From positions 16,453 through 80,452 of the forward strand of contig CAZDUS010000003.1 of NCBI GenBank assembly GCA_964508705.1: a stretch of DNA of 64,000 nt, in the 5' to 3' direction. Source of the DNA: an uncultured Verrucomicrobiota bacterium. Its GTDB lineage: Bacteria; Verrucomicrobiota; Kiritimatiellia; CAIKKV01; CAITUY01. The notes beneath the pieces were generated by a model. That model was not told where the DNA came from and searched no databases. It saw only the letters and a list, made by a program, of their open reading frames with translations. Position numbers and translations under genes: made by a program. Positions 1 through 8,821 of the stretch are shown piece by piece; within the stretch, counting starts at the first letter, position 1; each line of letters opens with the position of its first letter.

Positions 1-924
1 TTAGCCTTTGCTCAAAAGGCATTGAATGAGTTGGCAGGGTTTGTGGAGGAGGCAAAACCGTGGCGGGATGACGCCAAGTCTTTGACTGTGCAGGTGAGGG
101 ATATGGCCGAATCAGTAGAGCGGTTTGCTCGGAATATTGAGGGGGACCCCCAGCGCTTGCAGTGGCTGGAAGACAGGATGGCGTTGTATCATCGATTGAA
201 ACGTAAATATGGAGCGACGATTCCTGAAATTCTAGCGAAGCAGGAAGCCATACGAGAGCGTCTCAAGGAATTAGAGGGCAGGGAGCAGCGCTTGGCGGAA
301 TTGGATGGTCAGATCATTGCCGAGCGTCGCAAGGTTGAGCAGGCGGGTGGTGCGTTAGGGAAAGCACGACGTGCGGCGGCGGCCAAGCTATCCAAGACGA
401 TTACGGCTGAATTGCGCGATCTTGGATTTGAGCATGGCTCCTTTGCCGTTGGTCTGGAAGTGATTGAGCCAGGTCCGTCGGGGATGGATGCCATTGAGTT
501 TGCCTTCGCGCCGAATGCCGGCGAGCCATCGCGTCCATTGCGGGCTATTGCATCAAGTGGTGAGATTTCGCGGGTCATGCTGGCGGTGAAGGCCGTGCTG
601 GCGAACCACGACAGCATTCCTGTGCTGGTTTTTGACGAAATTGACGCGAATGTTGGCGGAGTGATGGGCAATGCTATTGGGGGTAAGCTGGGGACCGTGG
701 GACAGCATCATCAGGTGCTTTGCATAACGCATTTGCCACAAGTCGCCGTCTATGGAGAGACTCATTTCGCTGTGACCAAGGAAGTGACCAATGGCAGGAC
801 TCGGACTCAAATTGTGCCACTGGAAGGCGAGGAGCGCGTTGAGGAAGTCGCAAGGATGCTGGGAGGACGTGACCTTACTAGCGTTACCATGAAGCATGCG
901 CGGGAATTATTGCGCCGTCGCTGA
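1..924 (+). CDS. recN: DNA repair protein RecN, C-terminal part (5' end outside window)
   Basis: Frame is open from nt 1 with no upstream stop. Coiled-coil region is followed by SMC-type signature 'SSGEISRVMLAVK' and Walker B/D-loop 'VLVFDEIDANVGG'. Confidence 0.9.
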   Translation, partial: LAFAQKALNELAGFVEEAKPWRDDAKSLTVQVRDMAESVERFARNIEGDPQRLQWLEDRMALYHRLKRKYGATIPEILAKQEAIRERLKELEGREQRLAELDGQIIAERRKVEQAGGALGKARRAAAAKLSKTITAELRDLGFEHGSFAVGLEVIEPGPSGMDAIEFAFAPNAGEPSRPLRAIASSGEISRVMLAVKAVLANHDSIPVLVFDEIDANVGGVMGNAIGGKLGTVGQHHQVLCITHLPQVAVYGETHFAVTKEVTNGRTRTQIVPLEGEERVEEVARMLGGRDLTSVTMKHARELLRRR

Positions 925-1437
925 GATGTCTTCAGTTCCGACGGCTTTACGTTCAACGCCTGTCATAACCAATTCCACCTTTGCCAGTCGGCCGGATGAA
1001 GTGGACGCAATTAGCGTGCATTCCTCAACAGACCAAGGCGGGCGTGACGTTGCCGCCGCCACAAAGAACTTTTCAAGTGATGCGCCCGGCACATCGGTCA
1101 TTGAAAATGAAATTCTTCGGGTAGTCCAGTTCTCGGCAGACGGTTGTTCGGTCGAAATCAGGGGCGAGACAACGATTCCGGGTAGAGTGGATGAGATTAG
1201 GTCCTGCAGAGGCACCGGTGAAACGGGCCAAGCTTTGTGGGCTTCTACAGCCGCAGTATGTCGTTTGGATAGATTAAGCAGGTTGACGAGTTCATGACGC
1301 GCCGCGGACTTTTGTTGCCAGATCTCGGCTTGTCGACTCAGGCCAGTCACTGATTTGATAGAAGCGATGATGCCTACCAATACAACCAATGAGGCGGCGG
1401 CCCAAAGTGTGATAAGTTTTGGATTATCGTATTTCAT
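907..1437 (-). CDS. GspM/PilO-like assembly-platform protein (bitopic membrane protein)
   Basis: 176 aa with a single N-terminal TM helix 'LITLWAAASLVVLVGIIASI' and a soluble C-domain. Its start overlaps the stop of the upstream GspL-like gene by 14 nt. Assignment rests on architecture and K-L-M gene order only. Confidence 0.4.
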   Translation of the reverse strand: MKYDNPKLITLWAAASLVVLVGIIASIKSVTGLSRQAEIWQQKSAARHELVNLLNLSKRHTAAVEAHKAWPVSPVPLQDLISSTLPGIVVSPLISTEQPSAENWTTRRISFSMTDVPGASLEKFFVAAATSRPPWSVEECTLIASTSSGRLAKVELVMTGVERKAVGTEDISATAQ

Positions 1438-2791
1438 TTTTTGAGGTCATTCGCAGGACGAAGGGGACGCGTGTTTCTCCTGCGACCTGGTCCTTTTTGT
1501 CAATTCTAGCTGTCCAGTCCACACTGGTTAAACTGGCGGCGGTCTGTTCACACAGGCTCCATTTTGAAGCCATTCCATGCGCAATGATGGTTTGGCGGTT
1601 CATGGTTATAGAGTCAAAGGTGAGTCCGTTCCTTGAGGCGGTCTTCAGGATGGAGTTCAGGGTATTATTCAAACTTACGGTGAATGGAGCCATGAACGGG
1701 GAGTAGATCTTGTGTTGAGCACTCATGGATCGTCGTGCCGAGATGAGTTCCTGCCGGTCCTGAACTAGACGCGGGGAGCCAGTGATAGCGATAGCAAGAC
1801 GTCGCAAATCTTGCTGGATGGTTGCCGTTCGGTGTTTTGCGGCAATAGTCCACGTGAGCGTTGTTACGCAGAGCAGTGCGCCAGCCAGCAGGAAAGAGAC
1901 GGCGGCTTTGAAGGGGATGCGTTCCAAGGCCTCCTTTTCGATGGGATGAGTGAATTTTCCGGAGAGTAAATTGCAGCGATTGGAACCCTTTGCCAGGGCG
2001 CGTGTGGCCAGAGCGCGGGCAAGGAAAGTATCTGGATCATGCACAATCTTGGCTGGACCAGATGAAAAAGGGATAGATAGGTTGTTCAATTTTCGAGTCG
2101 CGTCGATGTTGGATGCGGCGGGACCTGCCCAGAACCAGAGGAAGGATACAGCGGTTTCCTGAAGATAGGATTTCAATATCCTCTGGACCATGTCGGGGTC
2201 CGCTTCCTTCATGGTATGAGAACCCAGCAAGGATGCTCCACGTCCTATGGCAAGTGTTAGCCGGTCGGAGGCGAAATATACGATGGCGCTAACGGTATCC
2301 GGGGATGAAACCGCAGGATACTCCTCGAGAAATTGGCTCCAAAGCGCAAGGCCTTCCTGATCGAGGATTCGGGGAGCGATTCCATTTTGGCTCAAAGTTG
2401 TAAGCCGAGTGGCAATATCAGCATGACGCGCGCCTGCCACCAAACCCATGGTTCCACGCTTATCGGCGGAGGGTTTCATGTCCACCAGTGAAAACTCGCA
2501 GGTTTCGATAGGGAATGGGAGTTGGATATCGAGGAGGGAGGGGAATACCTTTTCAGCCTTTGCGGTAGAGGAAAGGGGAGCTGACAGCCATCGCACCATG
2601 CTTTCGCGCTGTAACAGGCAGGCGGCGACTATGGAGGCTGGATCAATGGCTTGCTTGTCGGCGATTATGGGCTTGTATTCAATGTGCCGACGATTCCGTG
2701 TGGCCCTAATCAGGATGACTCGTTGGCCATCGAGATCAACGCCGTAAGCTGTGCTGGGACGGAATAACGGTGATATTTGGCGTGAATTCAT
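1424..2791 (-). CDS. GspL-like / PilM-PilN fusion type assembly-platform protein
   Basis: 455 aa. N-terminal actin-like domain ('YGVDLDGQRVILI'), then a 'NLLSG' motif, TM helix 'AAVSFLLAGALLCVTTLTW' and a C-terminal periplasmic domain. Confidence 0.55.
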   Translation of the reverse strand: MNSRQISPLFRPSTAYGVDLDGQRVILIRATRNRRHIEYKPIIADKQAIDPASIVAACLLQRESMVRWLSAPLSSTAKAEKVFPSLLDIQLPFPIETCEFSLVDMKPSADKRGTMGLVAGARHADIATRLTTLSQNGIAPRILDQEGLALWSQFLEEYPAVSSPDTVSAIVYFASDRLTLAIGRGASLLGSHTMKEADPDMVQRILKSYLQETAVSFLWFWAGPAASNIDATRKLNNLSIPFSSGPAKIVHDPDTFLARALATRALAKGSNRCNLLSGKFTHPIEKEALERIPFKAAVSFLLAGALLCVTTLTWTIAAKHRTATIQQDLRRLAIAITGSPRLVQDRQELISARRSMSAQHKIYSPFMAPFTVSLNNTLNSILKTASRNGLTFDSITMNRQTIIAHGMASKWSLCEQTAASLTSVDWTARIDKKDQVAGETRVPFVLRMTSKNEIR

Positions 2792-2793
2792 GG

Positions 2794-3291
2794 TTACAGG
2801 GGTTCCGTCCAGCTCAAGAGACGCAATTCGCCAGTGGGAGTCAGGCAGGCCAGGGCGCGGATTTCGCGGTTGAGTTTGTCCAAAGTTACGCGTGTTGTGA
2901 TGGCGAAAAATCTTCCGAACAGTGGAGTGTTTTGGAGCAGGAGCGGGGGTGGCAGCGATGAACGTGCGACCTCACGGAAAGAGGTTCTTGTCTCGATATC
3001 CGGGCCGGCAATCATGGCGTATTCGTAAGTCGAGAGTGAGTCTGGATCTAATCTCGAAGCGGTTAGCAGGGCAGACAAAACGGCGTCGGTTGCAGCGGTT
3101 CTCATCAGGCAAGTGACATGACGGTCACGCGCAAAACGAAGTTCCATGCCTGAAGCGACCAAGGACTGGAGAGCGAGGCCTGATAGTAGGGCGAGTAGCA
3201 GGAGTGAGACGAGTAGTGCCATCCCTGACCGGTTATCGTTGTTCTCGGAGCGCTCAGTCTGGCTGAATAGGTTGTCAGTGGTTATGTCCAT
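2794..3291 (-). CDS. short GspK-like minor pseudopilin
   Basis: 165 aa. A charged leader precedes the hydrophobic segment 'GMALLVSLLLLALLSGLALQSLV'. The gene ends 2 nt before the GspL-like start. Confidence 0.4.
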   Translation of the reverse strand: MDITTDNLFSQTERSENNDNRSGMALLVSLLLLALLSGLALQSLVASGMELRFARDRHVTCLMRTAATDAVLSALLTASRLDPDSLSTYEYAMIAGPDIETRTSFREVARSSLPPPLLLQNTPLFGRFFAITTRVTLDKLNREIRALACLTPTGELRLLSWTEPL

Positions 3292-3423
3292 GATGCAGGA
3301 TGCTTTTACTTCAAATGGAGGGTGAAGTCAAATGAGCGGACAAGTTCATTCTTGTGGAGGGAGAGGTTTTGGGTAATAGTCTAGAGCCAACGGGCGCGTG
3401 ATGTCGCTCAAGGAGGAAACTCG

Positions 3424-3756
3424 ATGAGTAGTGGTTACAATGAGGCAAATCTTTCGGTGGGAGCGCGTCACATACATCGTGCTTTAGCCAGTTTGCAGGA
3501 AGAGCTCGAAGCTGTGGATTATTATCATCAGCGTGCTGATCAATCCGACGATGCCCAGTTGAAGGCTATTTTATTGCATAACCGCAATGAGGAGATGGAG
3601 CATGCCGCGATGCTCTTGGAATGGTTACGCAGGAATATACCGGAGTTCGATACCACGATGAAGACGTATTTATTCACGTCCAAGCCCGTGACGGAGATTG
3701 AATCGGAAGAAGCGAGCGGAGGTATTGGCGATTTAGGCGTGGGGTCACTGAAGTAG
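3424..3756 (+). CDS. encapsulated ferritin (EncFtn) cargo protein with C-terminal encapsulin targeting peptide
   Basis: 110 aa with ferritin-like Glu/His motifs 'EELEAVDYYHQR' and 'NEEMEHAAMLLEWL'. C-terminus 'GGIGDLGVGSLK' resembles family 1 cargo-loading peptides. AGGAGG RBS upstream of the ATG. Confidence 0.85.
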   Translation: MSSGYNEANLSVGARHIHRALASLQEELEAVDYYHQRADQSDDAQLKAILLHNRNEEMEHAAMLLEWLRRNIPEFDTTMKTYLFTSKPVTEIESEEASGGIGDLGVGSLK

Positions 3757-3804
3757 TCTTCGGAATACTTGCATGAGGAATACAAATCAATAGGAGGATA
3801 GACC

Positions 3805-4617
3805 ATGAGTGATATATTAAGACGTTCATTTGCGCCGATTACGGATGAAGCATGGAAGGAAATTGACGAGCAGGCATCGCGCGTTTTGAAAGGCAATCTT
3901 TCAGCGCGGGGACTGGTGGACTTCAGCGGTCCGCATGGTTGGGGAATGGCGGCTGTCAATTTGGGTAGTGTTAGGGTGGGTAACAGTGAGCCAATCAAAG
4001 GAGTCAGTTGGGGAAAGCGCGAGACGCAAAACCTGATAGAACTCAGGTCTTATTTCACTTTGAAATTGTGGGAGTTGGACAATGTTTCACGAGGAGGGAA
4101 AAGTCCTAACCTTGATTCCATGATTACCGCCGCAAGGAAGGTGGCAATGTTTGAAGAGGCAGCTATTTACCAGGGTTTTAGTGATGGAGGAATCAAGGGG
4201 ATTTGTGAGTCGTCCAGCCATAAGCCGGTGCAGTTGGCGGCGGGTGACCCTGATGGATTTGCCGAGTCTGTGGAGATGGCGGTTCTATCGATTCAGAAAT
4301 CAGGTGTTGCGGGACCGTATGCCCTGGTGCTTGGCACCGATCCGTATGCTTTGGTGAAAGTGGGTGACCCTCAAGCCTATCCACTAAGAAAGCAGTTGGG
4401 TGGCATTGTTGATGGGGGCGTCCATTGGAGTCCCGCTTTGCATGGAGGTGTGGTGTTGTCCAGGCGGGGAGGTGACTTTGAAATGACGGTGGGGCAGGAC
4501 TTGTCGATAGGGTTCAGGAATCATGACAAGGAAAGCGTAGACCTATATTTTACCGAGTCATTTACGTTTCGGGTTCTGGAACCGGCGGCGGCTTGTGAGT
4601 TGAAGGTCAAGGCCTGA
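3805..4617 (+). CDS. family 1 encapsulin shell protein (HK97 fold, linocin M18-like)
   Basis: 270 aa with N-terminus 'LRRSFAPITDEAWKEIDEQA'. Length is typical of T=1 encapsulins. Lies 48 nt downstream of EncFtn and has a GGAGG RBS. Confidence 0.9.
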   Translation: MSDILRRSFAPITDEAWKEIDEQASRVLKGNLSARGLVDFSGPHGWGMAAVNLGSVRVGNSEPIKGVSWGKRETQNLIELRSYFTLKLWELDNVSRGGKSPNLDSMITAARKVAMFEEAAIYQGFSDGGIKGICESSSHKPVQLAAGDPDGFAESVEMAVLSIQKSGVAGPYALVLGTDPYALVKVGDPQAYPLRKQLGGIVDGGVHWSPALHGGVVLSRRGGDFEMTVGQDLSIGFRNHDKESVDLYFTESFTFRVLEPAAACELKVKA

Positions 4618-4618
4618 T

Positions 4619-5428
4619 ATGTATCTTGAGTTTTTCCAACTCAATGAATCGCCGTTTAGCATAACGCCGGACCCGCACTACCTGTACCTTTCCCGGCAGC
4701 ATCAGGAGGCATACAATCTTTTGATGTATGGCATTAAGGAGCGAAAAGGGTTTATACAATTGGCGGGAGAAGTCGGTTCCGGCAAAACGACTCTATGCCG
4801 CGCGGTGCTGGCCGAACTGGGACAATCAGTTCGTACGGCTCTTATCTTGAACCCCTCATTGACGGAAGTGCAATTACTCCGGGCGATTCTTCATGATTTC
4901 GGATTACCCACCGCCCGCTGTGATATGTTGAAGTTAGTGGAGACGCTAAATACGTTTCTTCTGCAAAAAATGGAGGAGGGAGAGAATGTCGCGCTTCTGA
5001 TAGACGAGGCGCAGAATCTATCGCCGAGATTGATGGAGCAAGTTAGGCTTCTCTCGAATCTCGAGACGACACGACAGAAAATGATTCAGATTGTACTCAT
5101 CGGGCAGCCTGAGCTTGAGATCAAGCTTGAGGACGTGGCACTTCGGCAGCTACGACAGAGAATTACGGTGCGAGCTTACCTTGGTCCATTGGGTGAGGTG
5201 GAGGTTGGTCATTACGTTTCTCATCGGCTTGAAATGGCAGGCGCGAACGGTCGGATTGTTTTCGAACCCAAGGCTGTGAGTCTGGCCTACAGGTATTCGG
5301 GAGGAATTCCTCGGCTGGTTAATGCTGTTTGTGACAATGCCCTGCTGGCTGGTTATGTAAGCGGTCAGTGGGCGATAGATGGTGCCTGCATGAAGCGAGC
5401 GATTGCACATCTTGATGGCAAGCGCTGA
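4619..5428 (+). CDS. ExeA/GspA-like AAA+ ATPase
   Basis: 269 aa. 'FFQLNESPFSITPDPHYLYLSRQHQEA' N-terminus, Walker A 'GEVGSGKTT' and Walker B 'LLIDEAQ'. The ATG lies 1 nt after the encapsulin TGA. Confidence 0.8.
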   Translation: MYLEFFQLNESPFSITPDPHYLYLSRQHQEAYNLLMYGIKERKGFIQLAGEVGSGKTTLCRAVLAELGQSVRTALILNPSLTEVQLLRAILHDFGLPTARCDMLKLVETLNTFLLQKMEEGENVALLIDEAQNLSPRLMEQVRLLSNLETTRQKMIQIVLIGQPELEIKLEDVALRQLRQRITVRAYLGPLGEVEVGHYVSHRLEMAGANGRIVFEPKAVSLAYRYSGGIPRLVNAVCDNALLAGYVSGQWAIDGACMKRAIAHLDGKR

Positions 5429-5529
5429 GTATGCGGTATGGGGCACTGTAAGCATCACTCAGCCCGCTTTCGCAATTTGTGGCAGAGTGAAATGAGGACA
5501 GAGGCTTTTTCGTAATGGCAAAAGGTTGG

Positions 5530-6222
5530 TTAAGGAATATCCCAATTGCGCCATGGTTTCCCGAAATTATGGTAGCGTCTTGAGATTTCAATGATGTATC
5601 GCCGGGTGGATGGATAAGTAATGGCGTTTAGAAACTCCACGTTTGACGTCTTAGCGTAACGATCCCACCTTAGCGCATTTGAAGCTCCCGCATTATATTC
5701 AGCGAGCGCATAAGGGATTGCGTTGTTCTTATTCTTCCAGCGTGATAAAGCGCGGCCCAGATACCATGCACCAGCCATGGTATTGGTGGTGGGGTTAACA
5801 AGAGTGGAGAGTTGGAAATGTTTAATGTTTTCGGCTTTTGCCCATTCCATGGCGCTTCCCGGCATGATTTGCATTAGACCAATTTCTCCTGCCTTACCTT
5901 TTTGCGCAGGATTAAAATGGGTTTCTTGCCAAATGACAGAAGCAAGGAGATGAGGATGCACATGATAACGCTCAGCTGAGCGATCAATGGTGTCCCTGTG
6001 CCACCAATACGTCAGTTCGAAGCGAAAAGTGAATATAATGGCAGCAATAAGTGTGACCAGTGTTAGCAGGATTAGCGTTATACTATAGATGTTACGACGC
6101 ACAAGATAATTGACTATATGAGGAAGGTGCATAGGTGTCGAGCCTGTGGTTAGCAGAGTAATGGCACTCGATTGCTGGAATTCGTTGGATCTGAATTCCA
6201 TTGGCCTGGCGTTTTGACTCAA
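5530..6222 (-). CDS. membrane-anchored lytic murein transglycosylase (SLT domain)
   Basis: 230 aa. TM helix 'ITLILLTLVTLIAAIIFTF' and SLT motifs 'VIWQETHFNP', 'GLMQIMP', 'AEYNAG'. Start codon choice is uncertain. Confidence 0.85.
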   Translation of the reverse strand: MSQNARPMEFRSNEFQQSSAITLLTTGSTPMHLPHIVNYLVRRNIYSITLILLTLVTLIAAIIFTFRFELTYWWHRDTIDRSAERYHVHPHLLASVIWQETHFNPAQKGKAGEIGLMQIMPGSAMEWAKAENIKHFQLSTLVNPTTNTMAGAWYLGRALSRWKNKNNAIPYALAEYNAGASNALRWDRYAKTSNVEFLNAITYPSTRRYIIEISRRYHNFGKPWRNWDIP

Positions 6223-6394
6223 AGCAGTTCATTCGATGCTTTAGCGACCTATTGAAAGGCTTTGGCGCACTTATCAATGGCTTCAGTATCGTGCCATTTC
6301 TAAATCGTTGATCAGGTTTGCAAATGCCAAGCTATGTGAGATGTCCAATCCAACCTTGCCGTGGTTAATTGTCATGATTGTTTCCCGCTGGCTG

Positions 6395-7285
6395 TCATTC
6401 CTTGATTAATTTCTCAGCGTTTGAACTGTAGATCTTTTCCAGCACGCTAGCACTAAGGCTCAGGGAATTGATGAACTCCTGATGCTTATTGTCGAAATTA
6501 TCACGGGCATAAAGGACTCGATCCTGAAATTCGACCAAGAATTGTTTTGCAAATACAGGATCTCTTTTCAGTGCTTTCAAAGCGGAGCCTGCTGACAAGT
6601 CGCAGAACAAATTCGGATACTTACGCAATAATGTGGGGACGCGACCGCCGGGCAATACAGGAGCGCCGTCCGGAGGATAGTTGCAGGTTTGCCATAATTC
6701 ATCATTGGAGATGTGAATCCAGAATCCTGGTGCGTGACCAAGGAAAATTGTGTTGGGGCAAGCTTGTAAGACCCTTTCAATGGTATCAATGCTGCCACCC
6801 CACCACTCGCTGCGAGGTTCCTTGTAGGTTTGCTGCTTATTATACTGCAGGTGAAAGACCAATGGCATGCTGAGTTCACCCGCGAGCTTGAATAGACGAA
6901 GTGCATCTTGATTGTCGTACATCATCCTGCATTTCAATTCGCCGCAGATCCGTGCTCCATAAATGCGATGAGCTGCCTCCAGTCTGGCGCAGGCATCCGG
7001 CAGTCGCGGGTCCGGGCAGAAGCCGAGGATAAACCTATCCGGCGCTCGTTCCTTGTAGGAAATGCATCGGCTAAAGGGGATTGGCCCTGATGCTATTCCC
7101 AAAACGGGTGCCGGGAGAACGTCTTGATAGTGGCTGCTATATTCATGTTCAGGACATTCCCAATTCAACAGCCATGTTTTGTAGATGGAGTGTTGATTCA
7201 TGTTGGCGAGGACCTTGTCAAGGTCATGTCCATGCCAATCGGGGTGATTGTGTGCATCAATGATGTTCATCTGGTGGCCGTGCAT
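6395..7285 (-). CDS. amidohydrolase-family metal-dependent hydrolase (TIM barrel)
   Basis: 296 aa with the N-terminal 'IIDAHNHPDW' HxH metal motif. An alternative start (MNIIDAH) lies 15 nt downstream. Confidence 0.7.
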   Translation of the reverse strand: MHGHQMNIIDAHNHPDWHGHDLDKVLANMNQHSIYKTWLLNWECPEHEYSSHYQDVLPAPVLGIASGPIPFSRCISYKERAPDRFILGFCPDPRLPDACARLEAAHRIYGARICGELKCRMMYDNQDALRLFKLAGELSMPLVFHLQYNKQQTYKEPRSEWWGGSIDTIERVLQACPNTIFLGHAPGFWIHISNDELWQTCNYPPDGAPVLPGGRVPTLLRKYPNLFCDLSAGSALKALKRDPVFAKQFLVEFQDRVLYARDNFDNKHQEFINSLSLSASVLEKIYSSNAEKLIKE

Positions 7286-7383
7286 AATGTAGATGGTTCT
7301 TTCACGTAGACAAATTCATGATCTGTTTGATTTGCAAGTCAAGGACGAATAGCAGGCGGGTTATCCCTGAATGTTGTGTGCGA

Positions 7384-7474
7384 TGGCGGAGAGGGTGGGA
7401 TTTGAACCCACGGTGCCCGGTTAGAGCACACAGCATTTCCAGTGCTGCGCCTTAGACCACTCGGCCACCTCTCC
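7384..7474 (-). tRNA. tRNA-Ser (anticodon GGA), CCA encoded
   Basis: Reverse complement reads GGAGAGGTGGCCGAGTGGTCTAAGGCG-CAGCA-CTGGAAA-TGCTG-(long variable arm GTGCTC..GGGCAC)-GTGGGTTCAAATCCCAC-CCTCTCCGCCA. It has a 7-bp acceptor stem, a T-loop and a class II variable arm. Confidence 0.95.
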
Positions 7475-7765
7475 GAAGTTGTTTGTTTTGAATAGCTTGC
7501 AACTTGGCGTTAAGCCGACAGGCAATAGGCGTGATACTCAAAACGGGCTACAAGATAAGGAAAGATACTTCATTTTGGCAAGTGATTCTTTCCGTCATTG
7601 TTTCTCTGGTTAAAAGGTCAATATCATTCAGGGAATTTATGGATTCTCATATGGATGGAGCAATGTTTATGTGTGTCCATTTATCCACGTTGACGCATTG
7701 CGCAAGGCATGCAATGTTGGCCTCCGTGAGTGTTGAGTGGAGTAATAATAAGATAAGGCGGGATA

Positions 7766-8761
7766 ATGAAGCAATCAATCGACGGTGTTATACGAGGGTA
7801 TGTATTGATTTCAGGGGGGTTAGACAGCCGATTGGCTGTTTGTGTGTTGCGCGAGCAAGGGATAGAGGTGACGGGCATAAGCTTTAGTAGTCCATTTTTT
7901 AGCCCTAAAAAAGCAAAGGATGCTGCCAGTCAACTAGGAATACCGCTGGTTGTTGAGGAATTTACTACCCAAATACTGGACCTAGTTGAGCATCCTCCTC
8001 ATGGATTTGGTTCCAATATGAACCCCTGTATTGATTGTCATACCTGTATGATCAAAATGGCAGGCCAGCGTGCCGAGCGCGAAGGATTTCAGTTTTTGGC
8101 GACCGGGGAGGTTCTTAATCAGCGACCGATGTCACAAACGAAGCGTAGCTTGGGAATTGTGGGAAAGGGCTCTGGGTACGCGGACTGGCTGGTTCGACCG
8201 CTAAGCGCCAAATTGTTGGACGAGACAGAGGCGGAACGCCTTGGGTGGGTGGACAGGAGTCGATTACTTGCGCTCAGCGGGCGGAGCCGGAAGCCACAGT
8301 ATGAGCTGGCAAAGAAATTTGGGATAACAAGTTATCCATCGCCGGGAGGAGGGTGCTGTTTGACTGAGCCCAATTTTTCAGCGAGGCTTAAGGATTTGCG
8401 TAATTATGGGCAAGTGAAGGATTTACATGCGGTTGAATTGTTAAAACACGGGCGGCATTTCAGGTTGAGTGACAAGGTGAAAGTGCTTGTTGGGCGTGAC
8501 GAAAAGGACAATGCGATACTTGAGAAATTAGCGAATCCAGAGGAAATCCTGATTGAAACGGCGGCTGTAATGGGGCCTGCGGGGTTGATAACGGGTGGGG
8601 CTGATGAGGGCGAGATTCTCCTGGCTGCCAGCTTATGTGCAAGACACAGTGATCAGAAGGTGGGCTTGGTGGAGATGATCATCAAAGGGAACGGCGGGGA
8701 GCGGCGGGTGACTGTCGAGTGTGCCACACCGGAAATGGTGGATCAGTTAAGGGTTAAGTAG
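7766..8761 (+). CDS. PP-loop ATP pyrophosphatase, ThiI/MnmA-like tRNA thiolation-type enzyme
   Basis: 331 aa with PP-loop 'LISGGLDSRL' and Cys motifs 'NPCIDCH' and 'GGGCCLTEP'. Confidence 0.6.
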   Translation: MKQSIDGVIRGYVLISGGLDSRLAVCVLREQGIEVTGISFSSPFFSPKKAKDAASQLGIPLVVEEFTTQILDLVEHPPHGFGSNMNPCIDCHTCMIKMAGQRAEREGFQFLATGEVLNQRPMSQTKRSLGIVGKGSGYADWLVRPLSAKLLDETEAERLGWVDRSRLLALSGRSRKPQYELAKKFGITSYPSPGGGCCLTEPNFSARLKDLRNYGQVKDLHAVELLKHGRHFRLSDKVKVLVGRDEKDNAILEKLANPEEILIETAAVMGPAGLITGGADEGEILLAASLCARHSDQKVGLVEMIIKGNGGERRVTVECATPEMVDQLRVK

Positions 8762-8821
8762 GTTGGATGCGCCCGTTGGATGAACGAGGCAGGGGTGAAG
8801 AAGAATGCAGGCGGTGAATGG

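Noticed and set aside
7286-7765. tRNA-Ser locus as an integration site for a genomic island.
   Set aside because: There is no integrase, no direct repeat of the tRNA 3' end in the flanks that I could find, and the flanking genes are ordinary metabolic genes.
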